Source: Tubulanus polymorphus | Lineage: Eukaryota > Animalia > Nemertea | Length of the DNA stretch: 64,000 nt | Reading direction: 5' to 3' | Assembly (NCBI RefSeq): GCF_964204645.1 | Contig: NC_134032.1 | Coordinates: 5,258,275 to 5,322,274, forward strand | Notes under the pieces: model-generated | Database searches by the model: none | What the model was told of the DNA's origin: nothing | What the model saw: only the letters and a program-made list of their open reading frames with translations | Position numbers and translations under genes: made by a program | Shown: positions 1-14,555 of the stretch, in pieces | How positions within the stretch are numbered: the stretch's first letter is position 1 | How the letters are laid out: every line of letters begins with the position of its first letter

Positions 1-503
1 GCGCAATTTTTAGTCCCAAAATTGAAATTTTGAGTGAATATTGAATAGTGAATATTGTTATCATTTGAAAGATGATTATTATATTAATATCTCTTATAAA
101 AATAAAAATAAAATATAAGCAGAATCAAATTTAATTTAATTTTAATTTAGAACCATCTAGAATTAAAAGAATTTTAGATGATGATGTTATAAGCGATGTT
201 ACAAAACAAGAAGTAGATCAACATTAAAGAGTATTTAAACAAAGAATTAAAGTATTACTTCAAATAATTAATGAAAATTTAGAAACAGAAACAACTTCAA
301 AACAGAATACAACTTCTTCATAATAAACCTGAATCAAATAAATTTCCTGTTGAAAAACTTTTTCCAAGTGGATTACTTGATGCACCCGGTCAAGAAATAT
401 ATTCTTCTAAACATATAATATTATTTGTAATTACAATTGTAAGTGCAATTATTTTTGGATTAGTAAATATGATGAAAATAGATAAGTAATTTTTTTCTAA
501 ATA

Positions 504-1595
504 AATGAGTGGAAGTTATATAAATCTTTCTAAGAATTCTAGATTATCTAATGCAGTTAAAGCAGAAAGATCTCATCACATTATTACTCATAATCATTCT
601 TTTATTAATCCAAATGAAATTTATATGTTAGAATTCTGTCATTAACACAAAATACTTTTTATGTACCTAATTCAATATATTTATTAGGTAATATAGAAGT
701 AACTGGTCATGATAATAATTATGTTAGATGGTATATATCAAATAAAAAGTTAACCATAATGTTGGATCAGAAACTGTTTTAACATTAGATAATTATAATT
801 TATTTGCACATTAAAAAGATTTGTGGTTAACTAAAGAGAATAGAAAAAAAATATATTTCAAGGTATTCAAACAGAAAATCAAGATAAACTAAGATCAAAA
901 GCTAATAATGCAATAATGCACTAATAATGGGACTAATTCTGCAGATAATTTAATCAAAAATATTACTGGAAGTAAATATTAAATTCCATTAGATTTTGAA
1001 TTGATAAATGATAATTTTCCTTTATATAAATATGCAATTCACGGTGATATTATATTTGAAAAAACTTTTGCTCTTGTTAATGAAATAGTAATATCTTGAA
1101 ATAGTAATTAAAGATATGAGTCATAAATTATCAAATATATGTTTAGAATATGACACAGTAACTGATGAAAATATTGCGAGTACAATTCAAACTCAGTATA
1201 ATCAAGGATTATCATTATTATATGATTATATAGATAAATTTGAAACTGTACAGTGCAAGTAATGTAATAATTAATAAAAATAGTAACTTTCCTAGAAGAT
1301 AAATTGAAGGAGTATTAATATTTTTTACCACAATATATTCTAATGGCTCAATAAATGTTGATAAATATTATAATCCTGAAATATCAAAAGTAGAAATAAC
1401 AATTGAAGGTATAGCATATAAAATATTTAGCCAAGGAATGAGAATGATACATCAATGGGTAGAAATTGTAAAACATTTCATGAATGAAAAAATAAAATCA
1501 TCTGAAGATTGTAATATCAATCAAATTGATTATTATTCTGGCAACTGAAGATAACTAATTACATGGCTCTGGGATAAAATTACAAAATACAAAAT
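504..1595 (+). pseudogene. Major capsid protein remnant
   Basis: TAAATGAGTGGAAGTTATATAAAT (MSGSYIN); colinear with 46986-48233 up to KLQNTK. Confidence 0.88.
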
Positions 1596-1597
1596 AT

Positions 1598-2766
1598 CAT
1601 GGCAAAGATTTAATTGCGATAAAAGAAAATTAAGTATAATGGTTTAAAATTATGGTTACAAGAACAACCCACATATCAGTTACATAAAAAGATTTTAAAA
1701 AAACTTTACAACTTGAAATGTTGATGGACATATAAAGACCAAAAATTGCTAGCAGATTTGGTGAATAAAACGTGGTGACGATATCTACAATGTCGAGAAT
1801 TACCCGCTTACAATAAAAATCCTGGCTATTAGAAAATCCATATTCAAAATGACCGTACGACCAACGCTATTGAAACTATATAAAATGTCTATAAACCTAT
1901 ACAAATCAAATAGAAACCCGTTACTAAAAAAGAATGTTAAAATGCGGGTGGAGGCCAGTTTCGCCTCGTCAGTCCAGCACGTTAAGCGTTACCGGGTCTG
2001 TTAAGTTGACGGCTCATATATTAGAATTCAATGTTGCTTAGATATTAGGTTCACGCCTACGTACATTCTTGTTCGCTCTTCTGACCTGGTAAAATTCTTT
2101 TACGCGATATTAATTCATAATAAATTACTATACGCAAATTCGAAATGATCAGACGCCGAGTTATTTTTCTCTCTGAATTACGTTTATAAGCTGTAAGTAG
2201 TTGAATCTGAGAGGAGATACATTTTATGAAAAAGATCTGTCTGGAAAGTGGAAAAGGAATAATCATGAGAATTGCAATACGGTTTTTGCGAAGCAGCAGA
2301 AACCCTAATAAATCCGGAATAGAAGTTACTAAGGCGTTCAAATTAATAATTAAAGGAGCTATTCCAGATAAATTACAATTTGATAAAGGAACTGAATTTA
2401 TAGAATGTATAATCATTTTACTTTTAAAGAAACAAATGGTCTGATATTTTAGATGAACTTGCTTCCGATTATGATAATTCTAAACATTCAAGTATTGGCA
2501 TGAAACATATACCAGCTGGAAAAGAAGATAATTCAGAAATAGTATGGAATAGCCAATATGGCGCAATTGAAACACATGATTTCGGTGAACTCAAATTTAA
2601 AGTTGATCAACATGTAATAATATCTAAATATAGAAAGATATTGGATAAAGGATATTATCCAAATTTCACAGAAGTGATTCGAGGCAGAAAATATAGCTTA
2701 GTAAAATATAAGTCTTATCCAGAAAAATTTAACGAATGGATATTATCAAGTTATCGAGCCTCATAA
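1598..2766 (+). pseudogene. Integrase remnant interrupted by ~530 bp of unrelated DNA (about 1772-2302)
   Basis: WLQEQPTYQLHKK; IPDKLQFDKGTEF; KYSLVKYKSYPEKFNEWI. Confidence 0.85.
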
Positions 2767-3240
2767 CACCTTAATAAGTGGCGTTACAAATTGTGGAAAA
2801 ACACACTTTATTTAAGATTTATTAGAAACTATATGTAAATATTTCAATGATTATATTGTTGTATTCTGTCCTACATTTGGATTGAATAAAACCTATCATA
2901 GAGATAGCGTAACTAAAAATAAAATGTTTATAATATTAAATCCTAAAGTCGTTACAGATAATTTAGCTAATTGTTTAAAGATAGTAGTTGATATTCAGCA
3001 GGAACAAATACATTGTTTATAATTGATGATTGTGCAAATCTACATGATTCAGAAATACGAGAAACAGAATTATGCTATTTAGCGTTTAGTGAGAGACATT
3101 AGGGAATTACAACATAGGTTTTCAATCGAAAATACAACTCAATTGTTATAGATTATCGTGAGAATGTAATGTTTGTAATATCATTTTTAATAAGGATAGA
3201 AAATCTATGAAACAAGCATTATAAGAAAATCAGATGATAA
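2760..3240 (+). pseudogene. Packaging ATPase remnant
   Basis: SGVTNCGKTHF and LFIIDDCANLHDS readable. Confidence 0.85.
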
Positions 3241-4074
3241 TGTAAATGATAAAACAATTGAAGATTAAGGTATGAACTGAATTGAAACTGAGTTCGGTTA
3301 GCAGTATAAACCTCCTAATTAACTTTCGGAATTATATATAAAAGAGTGAAGAGTGAAACATCAAGCCTTATACCGAATACACTTGTATAAATGAGAAAAT
3401 GCACACTAGGAAAATGGCTAATTTGCGACCTTAAAATGAAAGAAAGACTCGAATTTCTTTTATCACACGCGACACGCGAATCTCCTAATTTCTTCTAATA
3501 ATGAGCGAAAACTTCAGACGAATTAAATGTATCAGCTTTATAATTGAATGATGATTATGTACGCGTAACTTCAATGATTCGTATCGATCGGTAAATGAAA
3601 TTTCCATTTAAAGAATGCATTTATCAAATAACGTCCATTGGAAATGAAATTAGCTAAACTCGAGCCATATTACTATTTAGATTTATCGCAGTTGTCTTGT
3701 GAAAATTTATAACCAATCTTTATATAGTCCCCTGTAAAATCTAAACTCAATTTCTATATTATACACGTGATTTAATAACGATTTCTCAACTTCGTATTTA
3801 TTCTATAATGAGAAGCGCACTGATTAGATCTGATTTCAACAGATTGTCGAAAAAGTTACAGCAATTTACTGTTAGAGAAAGAAAATACTAAATCTATTAA
3901 GTTTTCTAAGATTATATGAAAGCGTCATACCATCTCATGCTCTAGGATATTGTGTATCGTAACATTTGAAATTCCTAAATCTACCTGGCTTCATTGGGTA
4001 CTGTTTTTTAAAAAGAAAAACAAATAACACCCAACGCATCAATACCTATAATTCTAAAAGTTCAGGTTATAACG

Positions 4075-4375
4075 TTTAGAATATTCCTCCCTAAGTCAAT
4101 ACTTTGAATATAAGACCAGAAGGTAAAATTCTCTTCGTTGGACTTTTGGAGGAATCGTTTGAATATCGGACCCCTTGGTCGAGTTTCCATCGATTGACAT
4201 TGGGAGGAATGTTCCTCCCGAAGTCGATACTTTGAATATCAGAACTGAAGGTCAAATTCTTTTCGTTTGACCTTGGGAGGAATATTCCTCCCAAAGTCAA
4301 TTGTTTGAATATCAGACCCTTTGGTCAAGTTTCCATCGATTGACTTTGGGAGGAATGTCCCTCCCGCAGTCAATT
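4075..4375. repeat. ~73-bp minisatellite with palindromic core GGGAGGAATRTTCCTCCC and two alternating unit variants
   Basis: Core near 4200, 4273 and 4346, degenerate near 4080 and 4146. Confidence 0.8.
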
Positions 4376-4689
4376 TTCACAATAGCGGTCCTCTTAATTG
4401 GTGATGATCAAATGAACGTGCGGCTCATATTTCTATTGTGTGCCTATCCGGTGTAACGCGCGACACGCTAACATAATCTTATCTGTAAATGTGAAGACCT
4501 CGGGGGCATTATGTTCTCTAAAGCCCGACATTATCCCACATTCGGGACTGTGAATGGGTTGATTATACGGCTGAGTCGACATGTTTCAACAATTTTTGAC
4601 TGTTCATTTATGAATATTTGAAGACTTATGAACTAAAAATTACCTAAATTTTTGATACATTTTGAGAAAGTCACAAAACATTTGAGACT

Positions 4690-5295
4690 GCGTTTTACAT
4701 ATAATGAATTAGATGATACGAAATCAGATGCTGTTATAAAAACCTCTAAACTCTATGAAGCCGAAACCAGCAAGGATTAATGATGCTTTATCTGAAACGA
4801 TAATTAAAGTTTAATCAAAATTGTGCAATCATTTTTTGCCAATAATAGATTAGACAATTAAATGATGAATTGATAAATGATTATTTTGTTATGAGCGAAT
4901 TAAATAATTGGGTTGGTTATTTATCATTTGAATAAGGCGGTTTTATGCCACTTTTCAACGGGCATAATTATATTTTCAAATATAAAAAAAACAAAGTAGT
5001 AATGATGAAACAAAGGAAATTTCTCAAAAAATAAATCTAGGATAATAAGAAAATTGTTAGTCTTGTTCCTGTTGAAAACCAAGAACCGAGAAACAAATTA
5101 CTCGGGCTAAAGAATTAGGAAGAAGATCTACTGAATTAGAAAAAAAGAAAAAATTAAATGAACATGACAATAAAATTAATGTTAATAATAGAAATTTTAA
5201 TAAATACTTTTATCTTACAACTGCTATATTAATATTTGGGTGTTTATCTTATTATGGTTATGAAAACATTTTTTCTAAAAATAATTATAATCATG
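4690..5295 (+). pseudogene. Remnants of the two small Polinton genes normally upstream of integrase
   Basis: ARINDALSE...SKLCN...NDYFVMSELNNWVGYLSF; PRTEKQI..AK...RRSTEL. Confidence 0.72.
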
Positions 5296-5673
5296 AGGCG
5301 CAGGAAACGAAAAATTAACTAGAGGACCAACGGTCCTGTGCTCTCGAGGCAAAGTTTTTTTTATAATATCAATGAAAACATATTACATTGATCATTCTTA
5401 CTCTTTTAATTAGGCAGATCTGTTCGCTCCACAACTGCTCTCGACACTACGGTGAGACTGGGCGCCTCAAGACAGTGGTAGGCAGGAACCATTATGAGTT
5501 TTCCGGTTTGCTCGGCTACCCGTACTGGCGGGGTAGTCTAGATAGGCAAATGAAAGCTCCGGTTTGCTGAACTACCCCTCTTTGCGGGGATGCGGTATGA
5601 TGTTTGATCTGACAGTTTCAAGTGGTTAATGGGTGTTTCAAGTGCTTACAACGATGCTTTTTATATATGATTT

Positions 5674-6115
5674 CGATATACCGCGTTATGGTGTCAAACT
5701 AGAAAGGATTCGCCATAAATATTGAGAATTCATAAATTGACCATCACTGACCACCACTGACCAATTCAAACTTCTCGAATATGAGAACGATATACCGCGT
5801 TATGGTGTCAAACTAGAAAGGATTCGCCATAAATATTGAGAATTCATAAATTGACCATCACTGACCACCACTGACCAATTCAAACTTCTCGAATATGAAA
5901 ACGATATACCGCGTTATGGTGTCAAACTAGAAAGGATTCGCCATTGAAAATTCATGAATTGACCATCACTGACCACCACTGACCAATTGAAACTTCTCGA
6001 ATGTAAGAAAGATATACCGGTACCGCATTTGGTGTGAAACTAGAAAGCATTCCCCATTAGAATTCATAAATTGACCATCACTGATCACCACTGCCCAAGT
6101 GAAACTTCTCGAATA
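5674..6115 (+). repeat. 114-bp tandem repeat, about 4 copies
   Basis: (C)GATATACCG at 5674, 5788, 5902 and about 6011. Confidence 0.92.
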
Positions 6116-9100
6116 TCGTCGAATTCGAAAGTGGTTGTCGTCGTATTGTTATTTCTAGAGACCAGCAGTTATGTTTTGCTACTGTTTCTGAATGGCGTTG
6201 ACATGATGGAAATATATTACTCCTAAATAGGTTACACATCTGGATCACAGCACCTCACTTGCCGCAGTGCGTAATTTTGACTGCATAGTAATGCTAATAC
6301 ATACACTTATTTACTACTTGACTCAAAGCTTGACGCGAATCATCTGAACAGTACTGCGTTTGAAAACGAATAGAAAATGTTTGCGAGAAGCACCTGCAAA
6401 TAAGTTATGATAAGATTAAATCTATGGTTAATCGATGCTTAAAAAACAATTAAATCACAGGCAAGATGACTAACAACCGTCTTTCAACCAATCAGCGCGA
6501 TGGCAATTAATTAAATCATTAAACGCATTAGGCTCCTAATATTTGTAATCATTTGTCGTTCTTTAAACTTGGCCACTTTTGTTTCAGAAAACCGCGTACT
6601 AGACCAGTGGTCACCAAGGCATTAAAAAAGTTTTGAAAATTCGATGGTAACGATTTGTCCGTCAAAAAACTGTTTCGTTAATATTTCAAGTTTTTTTTAA
6701 CTCTTGTACAGAATTCACTATATGAAAAGTGTTCATAGGAATTGAAATTCGGTGTGATATCAGTCACCTGTTACCCCTTTTTCAATGTCAGTTCTTTATT
6801 GCACTATCATGCGCTCTTCTAAAATAGAAAAGAACATGTGTGTTTCGTTATAAACAAGGTTAAATTCCAAACGCACATGAAATATCACACAATATACACA
6901 TCTAGCATTTTCTCTAACTAGGACCTTTCCAAATGGCAATTGTTTAGTTTTTTAACGGCCGACATTCAGAAGCACCTAAAAACCAGTGGTAGCGCTTGAG
7001 ATTTTCAGTGTAGGTCACATCTCACATAGACTCGGCACGCAGTCGGTTCGTTTAATAGGAACACATCTGGTTGACACTAGTTTCACAGTTGACGAAATCA
7101 GAAAACTTTTTTCAAATGCCTTTGATAACATCTTAAACATAGTATTCTTCTTAATTACATTTCGTTGATTCCATAGATATGTTTTTATGAAAATTGCTCC
7201 AGTTATAACGGATTCAAACATACATGTGAAATCATTATTTTCAAAATATTCAATTTTCTCCGCTTTTGAAGAAATTCTGACACAATATCATCTCCACTCG
7301 ACACATGATTTTACTTCGGCGCCTTTAAGGGAGTGTCCCTTAAAGTTGAGTTCTTACTTAGTCAAACAAGGAGATATGCCTGATTCCTTTTTAAAATTTA
7401 GATTTCGACAGATATCATCAAATTACTAGAAAGGGACAGCAGCGTTCGGTCATCCACGAAAAATATCTAAAATGCAGTTCTAGGGTTATGGAAAAACAGG
7501 ACACGAAACATACAGAAAAATCCTTTGTTTGGTTGACTGAAATTATTATTGAACTCTTAAATAGCGACATTCAGAGAAACAAAAACATAAGAATATAATC
7601 TCGCCCACCCGTTAAAAAACATAACGTAATGATATGAGGCCATGTGTCATCTTTAATTGAAATCACATTATATTCATTCTCATGCGAGGATGGGTCTCCA
7701 AATTCATAGGATAAGGAGAATAATGGTTTGAATGATGAATACAACTGATAAAGCGCCAATTTCACTGATTCTTGCATATAAATGCTCAAAGGCGCTTTAC
7801 AGTAATCGAGTAAACAGGTGCGTTTTTAGGAGTCTTTTGAATTTGAATTCAAATCGGGTGTTCATGACGACTATAGGCGCTTTTACGAAACTGAATCTTT
7901 GTAAATCGATTTAAGTTTCACGTTTACGGCACGCGGTTTAGTGAATCCGATTTGGTAAATCAACTCGTTTATGGACCCAGTTTAGTTTATTGATTTATTA
8001 AATCGACTAACTTGCTCGGCGAGCAAGTTAGTGGCGATTTAGTCAGTGAAATCCAACATGGCGTCCTCTTCGACCGCGGGCTAAAGACATCTATTGCAGA
8101 CCATCATCTATCAATAATTCGGTCACCATTGACGCCCATTTTCTTTCGAATCGCGACCTTTAGATTGATAAATTGATTCGACTCATTTACGAAAAAAACG
8201 ATTTGATTTACTAATCCTTACGTTTTCCAACATCGAATCGGATTTAGCTAAACCGAATCAGATTCAATTTCGTGAAACGTGTGGGATCGTCCGCCAAGGT
8301 ATCGCTAAGGAGTCATTCCGTGGTGGCTTTTGAAAGCGACGACCGCATATGAATGCATTGATTGAATGACATCTCAAAAGTCAGATTATATAAAATTAAA
8401 CATGATATACGGATAGGTTCTTCCAATTAGGCCTATACTGGTAAAACTGAAATGACCCAATATGTGATATAAATGTTCAATCAAAAAGTAGAAAGTGAAT
8501 CCGTAATTCAGTATGGTATTGTTACAACATCAAACACTCAAATTCAATCCTTTGTTAAATTGGAAGCCAGTGTAGATGAGCAAGTATCGTGGTCCCTGAT
8601 TTTAGTTATCGTAATAATTCAAACCACGCGATTTTGAACTGTTCAACAAGTTGGAGTTTGTGTAAAGATGAATGAGTTTGAAATGGAGTGGACTTCAGAT
8701 ATTACTGTTTGCATGCCTATGTCTATTACTTAATCTTTTTACTAATCATAGAAAATTGTGGTAAAATATTTGACTCGACGGTTGGTTTTAGATTGTATCT
8801 ATCCAAGCTAGAGGTAATCACGGATATCGGACTACAAAAAAATTCCTTGTGTAAAGCTCAACTTTGTAAATTCCTGGAAAAGCTCGCCTCGGATATTTCA
8901 ATAATGATTAAACATTAATTTTCCCAACGAAAAACCTAAACAACCAATGTACGCTTGCTTTAAGTTTGCCAATGCACTATCGTTGCTTTTTCTAGCTATT
9001 GGTACTGTTTGCCGCAAAAAGATTGCATCCTCTATTACAGGATTTAAGGATACAACTCTAAAACCAGTTAGTTTAAATTAACCATTATACAATATGATAC

Positions 9101-10499
9101 ATGACCAAATACACTGTTAATATGAAAAAGATCCAATATGTACACATTTCAAATCTCAAACCAAGTTTTATCATTAGAAATTAACGACACAACGTTCGAT
9201 CGTTCACTAAAGATCATCTTTTTGAATTTGTACACAGTGAATTTTCGTATCGTATTATGGTATTAACAATTCTCCGCATTTGAGTGTGACTATTCTACGA
9301 ATACAAAGTTATTTTTAGCAATGAAGTTTTAATTGTCATTTTAAATGTTAACTATCCACTGGTATGTAAACTTACTAACTTTTGGCAACTGACCTCAAAT
9401 CGTGGAATGGGCTCAGGTAGCCTGCTGATCCACTCTTTATTAATACTACTAAAGAAATATTCAGTATAAGAAGTAAAAAGTATATTAAAGTACTATTTAT
9501 CTTTATATCGCGATAATTTGTGTACGTATGATTGCAAAAACGATACTCTATGGAGTCTAATGTTACGTACTTATGATTATTGTGTATAAGATCAATAATA
9601 AGCAACCTTCCACGGATACCAAGCGGCCTAAGTTTACATCCTACCATAATTTTCTCTAAACTCTCAGCATTATATCAAGATCGGTCTTAGAAAATATATG
9701 GTGGACGTGTTCACAGGTTAACGAGGCCAAAAATCTTCCTCAAAATTTCAAATTTTTACGAGCAAAGATAATATACTTCATGCTTTTGGTGCAGAAATAA
9801 TGGATGTCCACAAATTGCAAATTGTGTTTTCAAAGTGAACGATCCGAGTGTGGAATTGTTTCGAATTCAGGGTTCTCCCATTTACTCTCCGGTATTTTAC
9901 AATGTTTAAATAAGATACGTAAGTCGCACTTTTGTTGTGATACAGCTTTCTCTATTGGTCAGCGTTGTGATCACTTAAAATTACCCATAAGTTTGAATTC
10001 TCACTGAACTACTACATCCCTTATAACGAATATATATTTCATATGAGGCGATTAACTTTGATGATGTGCGGTCAGTGGACAGCAGTTACGAAACATTCAA
10101 AACTACTACATTATCTTCCATCTATTCATTATTAATAGATATGATATTATATGATATGATATGATATGATATGATATAATATCTCCTTTAGTGTTCAGTT
10201 TAAACGTCTTGAACGCAATAGTTTGACAAGTTTCGCATAATGGTACCGATACGCACGTTCACACTAGTGAAATGTGCACGTTACAGGCTCAAATGCGCAC
10301 GTTACAATTACAAATCGAAACGTTGTTCGTTCAAAACCCGATGTGAAAATATTTTGCATTTAGTGGGAAATTTCAAAGTTAGCTCGCTTCCTACAATAAA
10401 AATTGGACAAGACTTTTAAAACGACACATTTTATAAGAATAGTACTGACGAAGGATTCAGGCAATACCCCGTGTTATTTCTAAAAAACATTTAACCGGT

Positions 10500-11130
10500 A
10501 ATTAGACAGTACTGGTGTAGCTTGTACAGGTAAAAGAGTTATTATATTTACGTTCAGACCGAATGAAATTATTTGATACGAGACACGACTAAGTTGTGTC
10601 CGAAAACAGATAAATATAGCTATGTGGTCAGTATTGGTCAAGATTTGGTCACTTGAATAGTTGTTAGATGAAAGCCCACATCATTTCTAATTATTTGACA
10701 CCAAACACGACTGTGTTGTTTCTAGAATAAACAAATTACTTTAAGGTCAGTATTGGTAAAATATTGGTCAGTTAAATAGTTGTAGATCATAGCCCGCACC
10801 GTATCTAGTAGCTCGACGCCCAAACACGATTTTATTGCTTTATTAAACATATAAATTACATATGGTGGGTTCTAGTTAGTGGTAACTGGTCAGTACTGGT
10901 CAAGCATTGGTCAGTTAAACAATTTTTAGTTTAATGTCCACATTATATCTAGTTATTTGACACCAAATTACTTAATTGTTTGCAAAACAGATAATTTACT
11001 ATATAGCCAGTACTGGTCATGCATTGGTCAGTTGATAAACCAAGGTCCACGCCACGAGTTATTTGATACTAAACATTATTGTATCGTTTCGGAAAATTTA
11101 TCTGTTGGGCAATTTGTGGTCAGCCCTGGT
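10500..11130 (-). repeat. Diverged ~120-bp tandem repeat related to the 5674-6115 unit, opposite strand
   Basis: Recurring GGTCAGTATTGGTCA and TTATTTGACACCAAA. Confidence 0.6.
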
Positions 11131-14100
11131 TCGTTAGTTCTTATTTTGCGGGCATTTTATCTCGAACCACCGAAAGACTGAATTACTAATTAATTCAACA
11201 GATCATTAATTAATGGAAATGAAGATCAGTGTTAACTAAGTCCTTAGTCTGAATAAAATGTATGTGGTATTATATGGGTGCTATGGTGCTGTACACCGAA
11301 CTGTAACTTTTTATTTTCACTACTACCGTGATTGACTATGATGTTTTCAAGTGGTCTTAAGTACCGCTAATAGCCGAAAGTCGTTGATTTATGTGAAATT
11401 TACACACAGCGCCACCCGTTGGTAGTAAAAGTCACCCGAGCAATACGGGTGTTAAATAGATACGCTAGCAAACCGGCATTCTCATAATGAAATACGTCAG
11501 ATCGATTTGTTATGGTCGGTTATTGTACAAAAAGATCGACAGACCAATGTATATCACTTTCAAAGTCTTTTTAGTAATAATGTGACCGATAATAACTTAA
11601 ATGAAAATCTATGATAAAGTTAACCTCATTCAAAAAAACTTATTTCACTGTATGAAAAACGCACGTATCAATATGAGCCTATGCCACTATGTGACTGTAG
11701 TGTGTGCAGTGTGAGATACTAGTTATATGCCAGCGCACGCTTGCCTCGCGTAGTATGGCTAGACGTCAACAGCTGCTACGCATTACGTCTGCAGTAAATG
11801 AATAAACACACGCCACACTGTCATACAACTCGGTGATAATTTCGGCCTAACTGTAAAAATTAGGACTTTCAAGGACATTGTCTGCCAACCTTTCGAAGTT
11901 TAAGACTCCCACTGATTTTCCCAGCAAAAAAAAAGGAATTTAAGACTGCCACGGTACCGACCCTTGGTGCAAGGTGCCCGTTCACACCCGAGTGATGTAG
12001 TTATCCGCATATTAATTCACCTTGTAAAATAAATCTATCCAAATCATGAATCTATACTATAAAGCAGAACGGACGGTATTTACCGCGACACATCGTATGG
12101 AAATTAATGCATGTATTAAAACGTCCTTTTACTGATTCTCAATGCCAGTTTTTCCCGTCGTCAAGTTACATGTTTCTAACAGATTGGTGGTCCGAGGGAG
12201 TCACAATATTCATTTTAAGCCCGGGCTAAAATTTGGTTTAAAAAGATGTGTTCGCCATCTACCAGTGAAGTACCGTACTATACCTCTGCAGTAATACTAT
12301 AGTAATTTACCATCCTCGCTTGCCAGGGGTCAGGTATCACTCCCGAACTCGCTTCCACCAGCCCCCTGGCCTCACGAAGCGTGATTTCATTACTGGCACG
12401 GTTGCGCATGACGTCATATATCGATTTGCGAAATACTTCCTTGTTCAGTAAAACGTTCGCTGATTGGTCTATTTAACGGGAAAACCAATAGAAGCCTAAA
12501 GTCGTTTGTTACAAGCGCTGTGATTGGTACGACCGGATTCTGGTCGGCTAGTAACGACTCCAACGACTCGTGAGGTCAAGGGGTTCGGCGTACAGCTTTA
12601 GCGTAGTGGGTTCGAATCCCTTGACGGGTGAACATGGTTATTTACCGACCTGACCGACTTCGGAAAACAACGCAGCATCATAACAGTGCATGACACAGTT
12701 CTCTCAACACTGAGTTGTTTAAAACATCGGTTAAAACATTCATACACGTAATCTTCGGATCAAAATTAGTATGATTGGACTTAGCGATATGTTCTGATCG
12801 TGTTGCCGACCCAGAGCAGCATCTCAGAATGGTTCTTAGAGGGGGACAGGCCCATTGCGCAGTTTTTTTCAGAATGGTTCCATCGCGAACAGATTACTGG
12901 CGGGTGTTCAAACTTCGCTGAATCACTGAATCACAGAATCACTGAATTGCCGAAACGCTAGATTCTGTGTTAATTATAATCTTTTTTCATTTCATTGATT
13001 TTTTTCAAATAATTGTAAAAAAACAATGTTAGGCTATAATCAATGATAAAAAGCATATAAATGACAGCATATTTGACGACGGTAACGCCTTTAGAGCAAG
13101 ATTAAAGTTATTAATAGCGCTCTAACATTGAATTGAATTCGCGGTAAGCGGCCCGGCAGGACAAACAAACGCCGGTTTATTTGTAATTACATCCAGCAGT
13201 CAACTATTTCATTTCAATCGTTTCCCTTCACTGACAGATAGGGAGGCCCAAACGCAGCCTCTCGGAAAGGCTCTGGGGGCTGCGGATGCGTGCGTTCCTA
13301 GCAAATTTTATAACAGAGCGTTCGAATAGTACATACGTTTATGGGGAGGGGTAAACAAATACTGTAGTAACTTTGTACAGGGAGGGGGCCAAAGAAAAAT
13401 GTACGTACTTTTCTGACAGGGTCTCTTAAGAAAATGTATGTATATATGAGAGATATCAAAAAATTATGTCAAAGAGTGATACAAAATACAGAATCCTAAT
13501 ATCATCGTCGAGCGACTCTGCAATTTTCGATTAACGGTAGTCCCACAATTTAAGCATAATATCATGCAATTCATTGGTATAGGAGGGACTTTTTAATTGG
13601 ACGTACGGGGGGTGTGGTCAATCTAGTAGTACAAAGATCAAATAAGGACGAGGGGCCTAAGAGCGGCTGGGGTAGAATTTACTGTTAAGTTATTTGAACG
13701 ATAGGTTTTGACCACGGACAGGTCAGACGGGGTAGAGGAGGTGTGGGGTTGGTTCCAAGAACTCTATATATTTGAAGCAATTAGATTCATTTTCTGGCCA
13801 ATTAAAATGAATGATTTGGTTAGCAAAAAATATCAGGATTCGGCATATATGCGCCGAGGTGGTGTGCTCACGACCAACATGCGCTCAACGCGAAAGCCGT
13901 CCATTGGACGGGTATTCAGCTAGTTATTAATAAAACATTATTCAAGAATCTTTTCAATACCAACTTCTATCACCATTCCACCCAATATAATCAGAAATAA
14001 TCTTGAATACAAATTGCTGGATCTATTTTTGCAGCGGATTTAACCCCATGGCGCTAGTCCAGTATACGACATTATAGTGCGTGCGTAGAGTTACACTGCG

Positions 14101-14344
14101 TTATTCGGCCAGTGTTCACATAAGTTGACCGTTGACAGTCGACACCTAAAGTAAACTATGAGAACAGGTGGCAACCTGTCAACCCGTCAACCAGCACTGA
14201 AGTATAACAGTTTTTCCACCCCTTTAACTGCTATTTGTCTTCATAATTTTCATTATCTCTCATAAATCCATTGCGTATTATGAAGTTGCGGATGATTCGG
14301 ATGATATCGGCATTTCGAAACACAAAAAGGCATGTATATATAAC

Positions 14345-14496
14345 AGTAATAGGGGTTTAGTTGTTCTAGATCAAAGGCCGAAAGGTCGAGCTCATAAAAA
14401 ATGAAAAATAAATTCTCGCACACTCGAATTTATTTTTCATTTTTTACTCACTCAACCTCTCAACCTTTAATCTAGAACAACTTAACCCCTATTACT
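14345..14496 (+). repeat. 152-bp hairpin terminus (short subfamily)
   Basis: AGTAATAGGGGTTTAGTTGTTCTAGA...TCTAGAACAACTTAACCCCTATTACT, then CTTAAAATATT as in the copy F TIR. Confidence 0.9.
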
Positions 14497-14555
14497 CTTA
14501 AAATATTAATCTAATAACTTCTAAAACAAATGTTAATGAAAAATATGTTATTAAA

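Larger units (their letters stand above)
1..3240 (+). mobile_element. Old, heavily decayed Polinton copy A (5' part outside window)
   Basis: Recognisable remnants of coiled-coil/TM gene, MCP, integrase and ATPase with many stops. Confidence 0.88.

Noticed and set aside
4075-4375. CRISPR-like palindromic repeats with regular spacing
   Set aside because: The spacers recur in alternation, there are no cas genes and the context is eukaryotic; it is a minisatellite.
12595-12625. GGTTCGAATCCC B-box
   Set aside because: No cloverleaf around it; at most a SINE remnant.
5388-13923. Short ORFs in the inter-element region
   Set aside because: No motifs, often non-ATG starts, consistent with chance ORFs in repeat-rich DNA.
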